From contig CAWFDF010000014.1 of NCBI GenBank assembly GCA_963814585.1, positions 256,001 to 320,000 on the forward strand: a DNA stretch of 64,000 bases, read 5' to 3'. Position numbers and translations under genes: made by a program. Shown here piece after piece: positions 47,477 to 57,533 of the stretch (its first letter is position 1; each line of letters opens with the position of its first letter). The stretch comes from an uncultured delta proteobacterium. GTDB lineage: Bacteria > Myxococcota > Myxococcia > Myxococcales > Anaeromyxobacteraceae. A model generated the notes under the pieces. That model was not told where the DNA came from. It was given only the letters and a program-made list of their open reading frames with translations, and did no database searches.

Positions 47477-47599
47477 GCGGCCACCTCCCGCACCGGTACG
47501 GCCCCCACGCGCGCCACCGTGCTTGCGCCGCGGTGGGCGGTGAGGTATCCGCCCTGACTGGCCTATCGCGGCCGGGCGCCGCGCCGCCGAGAGGAACGA

Positions 47600-48322
47600 A
47601 TGGGACGCATCTTCGAGACCCGCAAGGCCACCATGTTCGCCCGCTGGAACAAGATGGCGAAGGTCTTCACGCGCATCGCCAAGGACATCGCCATCGCCGT
47701 GAAGGCGAGCGGCCCGGACCCGCACGCCAACGCGGCGCTGCGCCGCGCCCTGCAGAACGCCCGCGGCGCCAACATGCCGAAGGACAAGGTCGAGGCCGCC
47801 ATCAAGCGCGCCAGCGGCCAGGACCAGAAGGCCTACGAGGTGGTGCTCTACGAGGGCTATGCCCCCCACGGGGTGGCCGTGGTGGTCGAGACCGCCACCG
47901 ACAACGTGGTCCGGACCGTGGCCAACGTCCGCGTCGGCTTCAAGAACCACGGCGGGAACATGGGCACCACCGGCAGCGTGGCCTTCCAGTTCAAGAAGAT
48001 GGGGGTCTTCCGGCTCTCGCCCGAGGGCATCGACCAGGACGCGCTCGAGCTGGAGCTGATCGATCACGGACTCGAGGAGATGGGAGAGGGGACCGGCGAG
48101 AAGGGGGAGAAGCAGCTGCTGATCCGCTGCGCCTTCGAGAGCTTCGGCCAGCTCCAGGCGGCGCTGGAGGAGCGCAAGCTGCCGGTCATCTCCGCCGAGC
48201 TGGAGTACGTCGCCCAGACCCCGGTCGAGCTCCCCGAGGAGCAGGCCAAGGAGGTGCTCGAGCTGGTCGACGCGCTCGAGCAGGACGAGGACGTCCAGCG
48301 GGTGTTCCACAACCTGGCCTGA
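47600..48322 (+). CDS. yebC: YebC/PmpR family protein
   Basis: [22 protein letters not shown] and [10 protein letters not shown]. Confidence 0.94.
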   Translation: MGRIFETRKATMFARWNKMAKVFTRIAKDIAIAVKASGPDPHANAALRRALQNARGANMPKDKVEAAIKRASGQDQKAYEVVLYEGYAPHGVAVVVETATDNVVRTVANVRVGFKNHGGNMGTTGSVAFQFKKMGVFRLSPEGIDQDALELELIDHGLEEMGEGTGEKGEKQLLIRCAFESFGQLQAALEERKLPVISAELEYVAQTPVELPEEQAKEVLELVDALEQDEDVQRVFHNLA

Positions 48323-48378
48323 GCAGCCGGGGGGAGCTCCCCTCCGGTCGCCGCGACGGCCGGCCTGCGGGGGTCCGA

Positions 48379-49287
48379 TCAGGCGCCCGGCGCGTCCTGC
48401 CCCGGCGACTCGTACCAGGGCACCCCGGCGGCGGCGCTCGCGGAGAGCTCGGCGATCACCTGCGCACCCAGCAGCACGATGATGAAGGCTCCCTCGAGGA
48501 AGAGCAGCAGCACCACCACGGTGGCGAGCGAGCCGTAGAGCACGTTCACCATCGAGAGGGTGGCGAAGTAGGTGGAGAGCAGCGCGCCCACGCCCCGCCA
48601 GAGGCTGGCGGCGCAGAGCCCGCCGATGAAGGCCATGCGCCGGGAGATCCGCCCCACCGGCATCGCCAGGTAGACGCCGGCGAAGAGGATCACCAGCCCG
48701 GCGAAGCCCGCCAGGCGCAGCATCAGCCTGGCCGGGAGCGCGGTGGACACGGTTCGCCCGAGGACCGTCACCGCCGAGCCGCCCAAGGCGTCCGCCAGCG
48801 AGGCCAGCAGCGTCAGCCCGAGGATGGCGGCCATCAGCACCGCCATGAACAGGTAGGGGAGCAGCGCCGAGAGCGCGGCGTGGCGGCGCGCCGTCCGGCC
48901 CGAGGCGTGGAAGATGGTGGCCACCGCCTCCTCCAGCATCCGGAAGGCGACGGAGCTGAAGAAGAGGAGCGCCACCACCGAGACCACCGAGGTGGTGGCG
49001 TGGTTCTTGACGAAGGCCTGGGCCGCCTGGAGGACGGTGTCGGCGTGCTGGGGCAGGAGGAAGGCCAGCTCGCGCCGCAGGGCGCCGAGCAGGCGGGCCT
49101 CGTCGACGAGGGTGGAGAGGACCGCCAGCGTGAGGGTGAGGAAGGGGACCAGGGAGAGGAGCGCGTTGTAGCCGACCCCGCCGGCCATCAGGATGCCGCG
49201 GTTGCGCAGGAAGGCGGTCACCACCCGCCGCGCGAAGCCAAGCACCCGCCGCGCCAGCAGCGCCGGGCCGGGCAGGTCGCGGCTCAT
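48379..49287 (-). CDS. YihY/BrkB family membrane protein
   Basis: YNALLSLVPF and LYGSLATVVVLLLFL...LLGAQV. Confidence 0.88.
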   Translation of the reverse strand: MSRDLPGPALLARRVLGFARRVVTAFLRNRGILMAGGVGYNALLSLVPFLTLTLAVLSTLVDEARLLGALRRELAFLLPQHADTVLQAAQAFVKNHATTSVVSVVALLFFSSVAFRMLEEAVATIFHASGRTARRHAALSALLPYLFMAVLMAAILGLTLLASLADALGGSAVTVLGRTVSTALPARLMLRLAGFAGLVILFAGVYLAMPVGRISRRMAFIGGLCAASLWRGVGALLSTYFATLSMVNVLYGSLATVVVLLLFLEGAFIIVLLGAQVIAELSASAAAGVPWYESPGQDAPGA

Positions 49288-49303
49288 CCCCGCCCCCCGG
49301 CCC

Positions 49304-50504
49304 TCATAGATCGAAGCACTCCACGAAGATGACCTCGTCCCGGCGGGCGCGGATCCGAATCCAGCAGCGCCTCGCCGGGCCGCTCGTCGAGCTGGATGGC
49401 GCAGCAGGCCGCCGCGGCGCCGTCGAAGACGGTGTTCTGCACCTCCTCCACGTTGATGCCAGCCTCGCGGATGGCGCCGAGCACGTTGGCCAGCACGCCC
49501 ACCTTGTCGTGGTGGCGCACCATGAGGCGCGCCCGGGCCGGCGACTTCCGTGCCACGTTGACGCAGTTGGGGACGGACCCGTCCCGCACGAAGCGGGCCA
49601 GGATGCGGACGGTCTCGCCGGCGATGGCGTCCTGGGCCTGGGCGGTCGAGGCCCCGACGTGGTGCGTGCCGTAGACGTTGGGCAGCTTGCCGAGCTCGCT
49701 GTCGAAGGCGGCCTGCCCCTGGGCCGGCTCCCCGGCGAAGACGTCGGTGCCGAGCCGCAGGCGGCCGGCCCTGGCCAGCTCCAGCAGCGCGGCCTGATCG
49801 ACCAGCTCGGCGCGGGCGGTGTTGATGAGCATGGCCCCGGGGCGGAGCGCCTCGAGCACCTCACGGGAGACCAGCCCGCGCGTCTCCCTGGCGAGCGGCA
49901 GGTGCAGCGAGAGGATGTCCACCCGGGCCGCCAGCTCGCGCAGCGAAGCGGCCCGCTTCACGCCCAGGGCCGCGGCCCGGACGTCGTCGAGCGAGCGCGA
50001 CCAGGCGTGCACGTCGAGGCCGAAGGCGCGGGCCCGCCTGATGGTCTCCTGGCCGATGGGGCCGGCGCCGGCGACGCCCAGGGCGCGGCCGAAGAGGCCG
50101 TCCGCCTCCGAGAAGGCCTTCTTGTCCCACCGGCCGGCGCGCAGCGCGATGACGTTGTCGGGGATGCGGCGATCCAGCGCCACCATCAGGCCAATGGCCA
50201 GCTCGGCCACGGCGATGGCGTTCTGCCCCGGGCAGTTGGCGACGTAGACGCCCACCTTCGAGGCGGCCGCCACGTCGATGGTGTTGACCCCGGCGCCGGC
50301 GCGGACCACCAGCGAGAGCGCGTCGGCCCGCTCGAAGACCTCGGCGGTGACCTGCTTGCTCCGGACCACCAGCGCGCCGACGCCGGCCATGGCGCCGGGG
50401 AGCTCCCCGGCCGTGAGCCCGGGTCGATGATCGACCGAGAGCCCGAGGGCTTCGATCTCCGCCAGCCGCTCCCTGGGAAAAGCATCGGCGACGAGCACCT
50501 TCAT
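49304..50504 (-). CDS. serA: D-3-phosphoglycerate dehydrogenase-like protein with ACT domain; +1 frameshift near 49358
   Basis: RAGAGVNTID, LINTARA, HVGAST and an ACT domain (HHDKVGVLA). Removing one T gives the ending LDRIRARRDEVIFVECFDL*. Confidence 0.8.
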
Positions 50505-50586
50505 GGCGTCCCCTCCCGGCTGGTCCGGGGAGAGTCTCGGCCGAACCGGAGGGCGCGGCAACCGATTCTTCCAGGCGCCGGCCCGA

Positions 50587-51513
50587 TCAGGGCCCTCGGC
50601 CGGCCCCGCCTGCGCCGGCGAACAGCCGGTGCCGGGCGGCGTCCGAGATGGCGACCACCGCGGGGTGCTTGAGCCGGCGCTCGACCGAGATGGCGTAGAA
50701 GCGCTCACGCACCTCCTCGGTCCGGCCCAGCACCTCGACACCGTGCTGCGCCGCCACCTCCCGCTCGATGACCGTCGGCGCGGCGAAGATCCCCAGGCCA
50801 TCCCCGCCGAAGACCTTGAGCAGGGCGCTGTCCTCGAACTCGGCCACCACCCTGGGCCTGAGGTGATGGCGCTCGAACCACTGGTTGAGCGCCCGCCGCA
50901 GCGTCAGCGACTCGAGCGGCAGGAGCAGCGGCGCGCCCTCGAGTGAGCCCGGGAAGCCTCTCCGGTGCGCCCTGGCGAGCGGCGCGGTGCCGAAGAAGCT
51001 GACCCCGGTCTCACCGAGCAGGTGGTTGAAGGCTCGGACGCTGCTGCCGGATGGCACCGGTGCGTCGGCGATGACGACGTCGAGCGCGTGCTGGGACAGG
51101 TCGGCGAGCAGCCGCTCCTGCGAGGCCTCGCGGACGACCAGCCGCACCGGGTCCGGCAGGTCGAGGGCGGGCTGGAGCAGCCGCCGGACCACCAGCTTCG
51201 GGACCACGTCGGCGACTCCGACGTCGAGCCGCAGCGGCTTCCCGCTGGAGCGGTCCTGGACCGCATCGACCAGCTCGCGGCCCAGGGAGAAGATCTCGTC
51301 GGCGTAGCGGTAGACCGTCCGGCCCAGGTCGGTGAGGACCAGCTTGCGGCCGACCCGGGTGAAGAGCTTCTCGCCGAGCTGGCCCTCCAGCGCGTGGATC
51401 TGCGCGCTCAGCGTCGGGTGGGAGAGGCGGAGCACCTTGCCAGCCGCGACCAGCCCGCCCTCCCGGGCGACCGCCCAGAAGTAGCGGAGGTGGTGGTAGT
51501 TGAGCTGGTCCAT
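50587..51513 (-). CDS. nhaR: LysR-family regulator, NhaR type
   Basis: LNYHHLRYFWAVA, VGVADVVPK, EFEDSALLKVFG and ERRLKHPAV. Confidence 0.88.
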   Translation of the reverse strand: MDQLNYHHLRYFWAVAREGGLVAAGKVLRLSHPTLSAQIHALEGQLGEKLFTRVGRKLVLTDLGRTVYRYADEIFSLGRELVDAVQDRSSGKPLRLDVGVADVVPKLVVRRLLQPALDLPDPVRLVVREASQERLLADLSQHALDVVIADAPVPSGSSVRAFNHLLGETGVSFFGTAPLARAHRRGFPGSLEGAPLLLPLESLTLRRALNQWFERHHLRPRVVAEFEDSALLKVFGGDGLGIFAAPTVIEREVAAQHGVEVLGRTEEVRERFYAISVERRLKHPAVVAISDAARHRLFAGAGGAGRGP

Positions 51514-51517
51514 GCCC

Positions 51518-51570
51518 GGATATTATGTCGAAATTCTCTACCTGTTACGTAAACATTTCGTCATGACCAA
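51518..51570. promoter_or_regulatory. AT-rich divergent promoter with probable LysR sites
   Basis: Strongly AT-rich island between nhaR and terC, containing tcgaaattctcta (T-N11-A). Confidence 0.5.
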
Positions 51571-51600
51571 CATCGGCCGCCCTGCTAGATCCTCTCCACC

Positions 51601-52578
51601 ATGCCCTTCGAGACCATCGGATCACCGCTGCTGTGGGCCGGCTTCATCGCCTTCGTGCTGGCCATGCTGGCCATCGACCTCGGCGTCTTCCACCGGAAGG
51701 CCCATGACGTCAGCCTGAAGGAGGCGGGCGCCTGGAGTGCCGTCTGGGTTGCCCTCGCCCTCCTCTTCAACGCCGGCGTCTACGCCTGGTTCGGCCCCGA
51801 GCGCGCGCTCGAGTTCACCACCGGCTATCTCATCGAGAAGGCGCTCGCCGTCGACAACATCTTCGTCTTCGTGGTGATCTTCTCGGCTTTCGCCATCCCC
51901 ACCGTCTACCAGCACCGCATCCTCTTCTGGGGCGTGCTCGGGGCGCTGGTGATGCGCGCCGGCTTCATCCTGGCCGGAGGCGCCCTGCTCCAGCGCTTCC
52001 ACTGGGCCCTCTATGTCTTCGGCGTCATCCTGGCCGCCACCGGCGTCAAGCTGCTCCTGCAGCGCCAGCAGGAGTTGCACCCCGAGCGAAACCCGCTGGT
52101 GCGGGCGTTCCAGCGGCTCTTCCCGGTGACCCACGAGCCGGCCGGTGGCCGCTTCACGGTGGTGCGCGACGGCCGGCGCCACGCCACCCCCCTCCTGCTG
52201 GCCCTGGTCGCGGTCGAGGTGACCGACCTGGTCTTCGCGGTCGACTCGATCCCCGCCATCTTCGCCGTCACCCGGGACCCGTTCATCGTCTTCACCTCCA
52301 ACATCTTCGCCATCCTCGGCCTCCGCTCCCTCTACTTCCTGCTGGCCGACGTGATCACCCGGTTCGTCTACCTCAAGGTCGGCCTGGCCCTGGTCCTGAT
52401 CTTCGTCGGCGCCAAGATGCTGCTGGTGGACCTCTACAAGATCCCCATCGCTGCCTCGCTCGGCATCATCGCGGCCATCCTGGGGCTCTCGGTGGCCGCC
52501 TCCCTGCTCAGGCCCCGGCGGCCGGCCCGCCAGCTCGAGCCCGAGCCGCCCGCCCCCCGGCTCGGGGAGGCCGCCTGA
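51601..52578 (+). CDS. TerC/Alx family membrane protein
   Basis: GYLIEKALAVDN, DLVFAVDSIPA and SNIFAILGLRSLYF. Confidence 0.93.
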   Translation: MPFETIGSPLLWAGFIAFVLAMLAIDLGVFHRKAHDVSLKEAGAWSAVWVALALLFNAGVYAWFGPERALEFTTGYLIEKALAVDNIFVFVVIFSAFAIPTVYQHRILFWGVLGALVMRAGFILAGGALLQRFHWALYVFGVILAATGVKLLLQRQQELHPERNPLVRAFQRLFPVTHEPAGGRFTVVRDGRRHATPLLLALVAVEVTDLVFAVDSIPAIFAVTRDPFIVFTSNIFAILGLRSLYFLLADVITRFVYLKVGLALVLIFVGAKMLLVDLYKIPIAASLGIIAAILGLSVAASLLRPRRPARQLEPEPPAPRLGEAA

Positions 52579-52799
52579 GGGAGGAGTCCGGACGCCTCGT
52601 CCCCGGCGAGGTGGACCGGCGGGCCCCTCGAGGCGAGAACCGCGAAGACCCCGTATGATGGGGCGGCCGGAGCAGGCCCACGGGGCCTCTCGGACCATCA
52701 CCCGGGGGTCGCCGCGTGGTCGGAGGAGAGAGAGAGGTCGAGGCGGCGCACCGGACCGTGCTGGTCGGGCCTCCGGTCACGTCGATACGGCAGGCCTCG

Positions 52800-53688
52800 A
52801 TGGCGCTGGCCTTCTACTCGACGGAGCCCGAGGCGCGCCCACGGCCGGGCCGCGTGGATCGGTTCCTCTGGGGGCTCGGCACCTCCTTCCATGCGGCACG
52901 ACTCATGTGGCGCGACCGGAAGCTCCAGCGCTCGGCCCTGCCGCCCACGGCCCTGACGCTCCTGGGCGCGGCGACGGTCGGCCTGGCGCTCGCGTTCCGG
53001 CTGGGCGGCGTCGAGCTCGAGCTGGGCGACGAACCCTCGCCCAGGGGCCTCCAGGCCTTCCTCGTCACCTTCGTGGCGTTGGCCTCGATGCCGCCCACGC
53101 TCCTCCAGCGGCAGTGGATGCGCGTGGCCCAGGAGGCGCGCCGTGCCCTCGGCCTGGCGCCTGGGGAGGATCCCTTCCCGGGCGAGCACTACCTGTCCAT
53201 GCTCTGGCGGGAGGGTCGCAAGGTGATGCGGCAGGGGCTGGTGGTCTCCATCGGGGCTCCTCCCCCTGGTGGCCTTCATCCGGATGCTGCCGTTCGGCGA
53301 CGCGGAGGCAGCGGCCCTGGGCGCCGCGTGGGCCTTCTACTGGGTGGTGGTGGACGCGTTCGAGCTGCCCATCGAGGTCTTGCCGGGCCCGCGTCAGGAG
53401 GTGCCGCTGCCCTGGTATGCGAGGGGCTCGATCTGGCTCGGCGAGGCGGCCAGGCCGCTCCGCCTCTTCGGCTGGTTCGGCCGCCAGCTGGCGAGGCTGA
53501 CTCGCCCCTGGGGCGACGAGGTCCACTTCACCGAGCGCCACCCCTGGGAGACCGCCGGCTTCGCCGCCGGGATCGGCCTGGTGCTGGTCATCCCGGTGGC
53601 CGGCCTCTTCTTCCGCTCGGTGGCCATCACCGCCGCGACCTCGATGGTCGACCGGCTCGCCTTGCCGGAAGGAGATCGGGTCAGCTAA
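52800..53688 (+). CDS. Hypothetical membrane protein with a +1 frameshift at 53253-53256
   Basis: Removing one G from atcggggctc joins VVSIG to LLPLVAFIRML... and gives one continuous multi-TM protein. Confidence 0.65.
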
Positions 53689-53699
53689 CGTCTCCTCCC

Positions 53700-54257
53700 G
53701 TGTCGCAGCCGCCCTTCCGGCCGGTCCACGTGGCCCTGCTGGCGCTCCTCGGCGCGGTGGTGGCCGCGGTGCTCGTCCCGGGCCGGGTCCAGCGCGCCGA
53801 GCCGTCCGACGTCCTCCTCGCCCTGCAGGCCGCCCGCGGGCCCGCCCTGCCCCTGCCCGGCCGGGCCGGCGCGGTCTCGGCCACGGCGGTGACCCGTTAC
53901 GGCACGGAGACCCTGGCCGACGTCATCGACGGCGCCGCCGAGGCCTACCTCACCCGCGGCTTCACCGCCGCCGCCTTCGCCACCTACGTTTTCGGCCTGC
54001 CCGGGTTCCCGCCGGTGGAGGTGGCCGCCGAGGCTCACCGCTTCAAGACCGAGGCCGGCGCCGAGGCCCAGGCGCTGGCGGAGCGGCCGCCGCGAGCGCA
54101 GCCGCTCGAGGCGGTGCCCGGGGCCTTCTCCGACGGCTCGGTGCTGGTGGCCCGGGCCGGCCGGGAGCTGCTCAAGCTGACGGTGGTCTCGCCCGGCACG
54201 GGCGGACCCGACGCGCTCGCCGCGGTGGCGAGCGCCTGGACCAGGGAGAAGCCATGA
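53700..54257 (+). CDS. Hypothetical exported protein (DUF6599-like)
   Basis: Signal/TM segment, then YGTETLADVIDGAAEAY..RGF. Stop overlaps the DUF362 start. Confidence 0.6.
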   Translation: MSQPPFRPVHVALLALLGAVVAAVLVPGRVQRAEPSDVLLALQAARGPALPLPGRAGAVSATAVTRYGTETLADVIDGAAEAYLTRGFTAAAFATYVFGLPGFPPVEVAAEAHRFKTEAGAEAQALAERPPRAQPLEAVPGAFSDGSVLVARAGRELLKLTVVSPGTGGPDALAAVASAWTREKP

Positions 54258-55219
54258 GCGAACGCGGCGAGCGGATGGGACGGCGCGAGGCGTTGATGCG
54301 GATCTCGCAGGCGGCCCTGGCCGGCGTGGCGGTGGCGGGCGGCGCCGGGCTGCTCCTCGACCGGCGGGTGGCGCGCGCCGAGGGCCTGGTCATCCCGGAC
54401 TGGCGGGTGCCGGTCACCGGCCAGGCGGCCGCGGCGGTGGCGGCGCGTGGCGACGATCCGGCCAGGAACGTGGCCCGTGCCTTGGCGGCGCTGGGCGGCA
54501 TGGGGCAGTTCGTCAGGAAGGGCGAGACCGTGCTGGTCAAGCCCAACGTCGGCTGGGACCGGCTCCCCGAGCAGGCCGCCAACACCGACCCCGACGTGGT
54601 GGCCGAGATCGTCCGGCAGTGCCGCGCCGCCGGGGCGGCCCGGGTGCTGGTGGCCGACATCTCCTGCAACGACCCCCAGCGCTGCTTCTCCCGCTCCGGG
54701 GTGCTGGCCAGGGCGCAGGCCGCCGGCGCCGAGGTGCTCGACGCCCGCCAGCTCAAGCTGGTGCCGGCCGGCCTGGCCGGCGCCGCCGCCGGGCTGGAGG
54801 TGATCGCGCCGCTGCTCGAGGCGCAGCGGGTCATCAACGTGCCGGTGGCCAAGCACCACTCGCTGTCGCGGGCCACGCTCGGCATGAAGAACTGGTTCGG
54901 GGTGCTGGGGAGGGGGCGCAACCGCCTCCACCAGGGGATCGACCGCTCCATCGCCGAGCTGGCGGCCACCTTCCGCCCCACCCTCACCATCATCGACGCC
55001 ACCCGCGTGCTGCTCGGCAACGGGCCACAGGGCGGCAGCCTCGACGACGTCAAGGCGGTCGGGGCGATCTGCGCCGGTGTCGACCCGGTGCTGCTCGACG
55101 CCTGGGGCGCGGCGCAGCTTGGGCTGAAGCCCGGCGATCTCGCCTACATCGGCGAGGCCGAGCGGCGCGGGCTGGGGCGCAGCGACGTCGCGCTGGTGCG
55201 GGAACTCGGAAGGGGCTGA
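54254..55219 (+). CDS. DUF362 domain protein with Tat signal
   Basis: GRREALM signal, VLVKPNVGWDR, INVPVAKHH, LGMKNWFG and DPVLLD. Confidence 0.88.
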   Translation: MSERGERMGRREALMRISQAALAGVAVAGGAGLLLDRRVARAEGLVIPDWRVPVTGQAAAAVAARGDDPARNVARALAALGGMGQFVRKGETVLVKPNVGWDRLPEQAANTDPDVVAEIVRQCRAAGAARVLVADISCNDPQRCFSRSGVLARAQAAGAEVLDARQLKLVPAGLAGAAAGLEVIAPLLEAQRVINVPVAKHHSLSRATLGMKNWFGVLGRGRNRLHQGIDRSIAELAATFRPTLTIIDATRVLLGNGPQGGSLDDVKAVGAICAGVDPVLLDAWGAAQLGLKPGDLAYIGEAERRGLGRSDVALVRELGRG

Positions 55220-55222
55220 TCC

Positions 55223-56710
55223 GTGCCCCGGCCCAGCTGGACGCGCCGGATCCGCCGGCTCTGGCAGCTCGCCAGCCTCGGGCTCTTCCTCTTCCTGATG
55301 TGGGCGCTGGCCCGCGGCGAGCCCCGCGCCTTCCCCTTCGGCGTGCTCCACGAGGCCGACCCCCTCTCCGCCGCCGGGCTGGCGGTGGCGGCCGGGACGG
55401 TGCCGCGGGCGCTGCTGCTGGGCGTGGCCCTGATACTGCTGACGCTGGTGGTGGGGCGGGCCTTCTGCGGCTGGTTCTGCCCGCTCGGCACGCTCCAGGA
55501 GCTGGCCGGCCTGCTGCTCACGCCACGCTCGCGGCGCGAGTCGATCGATGCCAACCGCTTCCGTCCCTGGCAGGCCTGGAAGTACCTGCTGCTGGCCGGG
55601 CTGCTGGCGTTCGCCGTCCTCGGCTCCTGGCAGGGCGGCCTGCTCAATCCGCTCTCGCTCACCGCCCGCGGGCTGCAGGGCGGGCTCTGGCCGGCGCTGC
55701 CGGGCGGGCGGGAGGTGCCGGGGGGCTGGCTGGCGGCGGGGCTGCTGCTCGGCGTGGTGCTGGCCAGCCGCTGGGTGCCGCGCTTCTTCTGCCGGGCGCT
55801 CTGCCCGCTGGGCGCGCTGCTGGGGATCTTCTCGCGCCTGGCGCTCTTCCGCATCGAGCGGCGGGGCGCCGCCTGCACCGACTGCCGGCTCTGCACCTTC
55901 GCCTGCCAGGGCGCCGACGAGCCGCTCGCCATCCACCGGCCCGGCGAGTGCCTGGTCTGCCTGGAGTGCCTCGACGCCTGCCCCGACGGCGCCATCACCT
56001 TCGGCCTCCGCCTCTCGCAGCCGCCCGTCCCGGAGCAGCCCGACGTGCGCCGCCGCCACCTGGTGGGTGGCGCGCTGCTCGGCCTCGTGCTCGGCCCGGT
56101 GGTCCGGGCCGCCGGCGGTGGCCGAATCGCCGGCCGGCACGAGCTGATCCGCCCGCCGGGCGCGGCGCCCGAGGACGAGTTCCTCGACCGGTGCACCAAG
56201 TGCCTGCTCTGCGGCGAGGCCTGCCCCACCGGCGCCATCCAGCCGGCGCTGGGCCAGGCCGGGCTGGAGGGATTCTGGACGCCGGTGGTGGTGCCGCGGC
56301 GCGGCGGCTGCGAGCTGGCCTGCACCCGCTGCGGCGAGGTCTGCCCCACCGGCGCGATCGCCAGGCTGGCCGCCTCCCGCAAGACCGGCTACGACGGGCG
56401 GCCGGCGGTGAGCATCGGCACCGCCTTCTTCGACCGCGGCCGCTGCCTGCCCTGGGCCAACCAGATCCCCTGCATCGTCTGCGAGGAGATGTGCCCGACC
56501 GATCCCAAGGCCATCACGCTCACCGTGGCGGAGGAGCGGCGCCCCGACGGCACCGCGGTCCGGCTGCAGAGGCCGCAGGTGGTCCCCTCGCTCTGCGTGG
56601 GGTGCGGCATCTGCGAGAACCGCTGCCCGGTCGGCGAGCTGGCCGCCATCCGCGTCTCCTCGGTGGGCGAGTCGCGAGACCCGCTCAACCGGATGGTGCT
56701 GGGAGGCTGA
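55223..56710 (+). CDS. Membrane-bound polyferredoxin (NapH-like plus NapG-like fusion)
   Basis: Two CxxxCP motifs (FCGWFCPLG, FCRALCPLG), about six 4Fe-4S Cys groups and IRPPGA. Confidence 0.88.
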   Translation: MPRPSWTRRIRRLWQLASLGLFLFLMWALARGEPRAFPFGVLHEADPLSAAGLAVAAGTVPRALLLGVALILLTLVVGRAFCGWFCPLGTLQELAGLLLTPRSRRESIDANRFRPWQAWKYLLLAGLLAFAVLGSWQGGLLNPLSLTARGLQGGLWPALPGGREVPGGWLAAGLLLGVVLASRWVPRFFCRALCPLGALLGIFSRLALFRIERRGAACTDCRLCTFACQGADEPLAIHRPGECLVCLECLDACPDGAITFGLRLSQPPVPEQPDVRRRHLVGGALLGLVLGPVVRAAGGGRIAGRHELIRPPGAAPEDEFLDRCTKCLLCGEACPTGAIQPALGQAGLEGFWTPVVVPRRGGCELACTRCGEVCPTGAIARLAASRKTGYDGRPAVSIGTAFFDRGRCLPWANQIPCIVCEEMCPTDPKAITLTVAEERRPDGTAVRLQRPQVVPSLCVGCGICENRCPVGELAAIRVSSVGESRDPLNRMVLGG

Positions 56711-56716
56711 GCCGGC

Positions 56717-57400
56717 CTACCGGGGCGGGCCGCCGCCGGGCTTGCCGCCCCCGGGCCGGCCTCGGCCGCCGCCGGGGCCGCTCCGCTGGCCCTTGCAATC
56801 CTCCTTGAGCGAGTCCATGGAGAAGCCGCCGCTGGTGGGCGCACCCTTCCCGCCGCCGCCGCCGCGCCCGCCGCCCCCACCGGGGCCGCCGCGTCCGCGC
56901 TTCTCCTTCTGCATGGTCGGCACCTGGCGCATCGAGGCCGGGGCCACGTCGACCAGGTACTGGAAGCCGTTGAGCGTCTTGGCGCCGGGGACCGGCTCCT
57001 CGGCCGAGAAGACGCGGACCAGCCGGACGTCGTCGATGTGGCGGCCCGCCGCCTTGACGGCATCGCGCAGGCGATCCAGCCGGTCACCGGACAGGCCGGT
57101 GGCCGAGGCCACCGCGGCATCGAGGGCCGCCTTGACGGTCTCGCTCTCGACCTCCTCGGCCGGCCTGGAGGGCGGCGGGGCCGGCGGTGGGCCGGGCTCG
57201 GCCGGCGCGGCGGCCTGGGTAGCCGGGGCCGCCTCGCCCTCGGCGGGGGCGGCTTCGGCGGGCGCCGGCACGGCGGTCGCTGCGACGGCGGCGGGCGGCT
57301 CCTCCCGGGGGAGTGACCGCTTCGCCGCGGCGATGGCCGCCGCTGCCGTCCTGAGGGTGATGCCGCTGAGCTCGGTGAGGGTCTTCATGCGCGCAGCCAT
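56717..57400 (-). CDS. Hypothetical protein with Pro/Ala linker and Gly/Arg-rich tail
   Basis: Coding bias in the folded-looking segments (KTLTELSG..., DDVRLVRVF...YLVD). Confidence 0.65.
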   Translation of the reverse strand: MAARMKTLTELSGITLRTAAAAIAAAKRSLPREEPPAAVAATAVPAPAEAAPAEGEAAPATQAAAPAEPGPPPAPPPSRPAEEVESETVKAALDAAVASATGLSGDRLDRLRDAVKAAGRHIDDVRLVRVFSAEEPVPGAKTLNGFQYLVDVAPASMRQVPTMQKEKRGRGGPGGGGGRGGGGGKGAPTSGGFSMDSLKEDCKGQRSGPGGGRGRPGGGKPGGGPPR

Positions 57401-57533
57401 ACAACGCAACCGGGCCCGGCGGGAAGCCCGTCCGAGGCCGGCCAGCGTGTCCCGCCGCCTCCAGGGGATGCCTCCGGCCGGGCTCGGCCGGGACCGCATG
57501 GAGATCCGCGGAGTCGCGGCGTAGCATCCGGCC

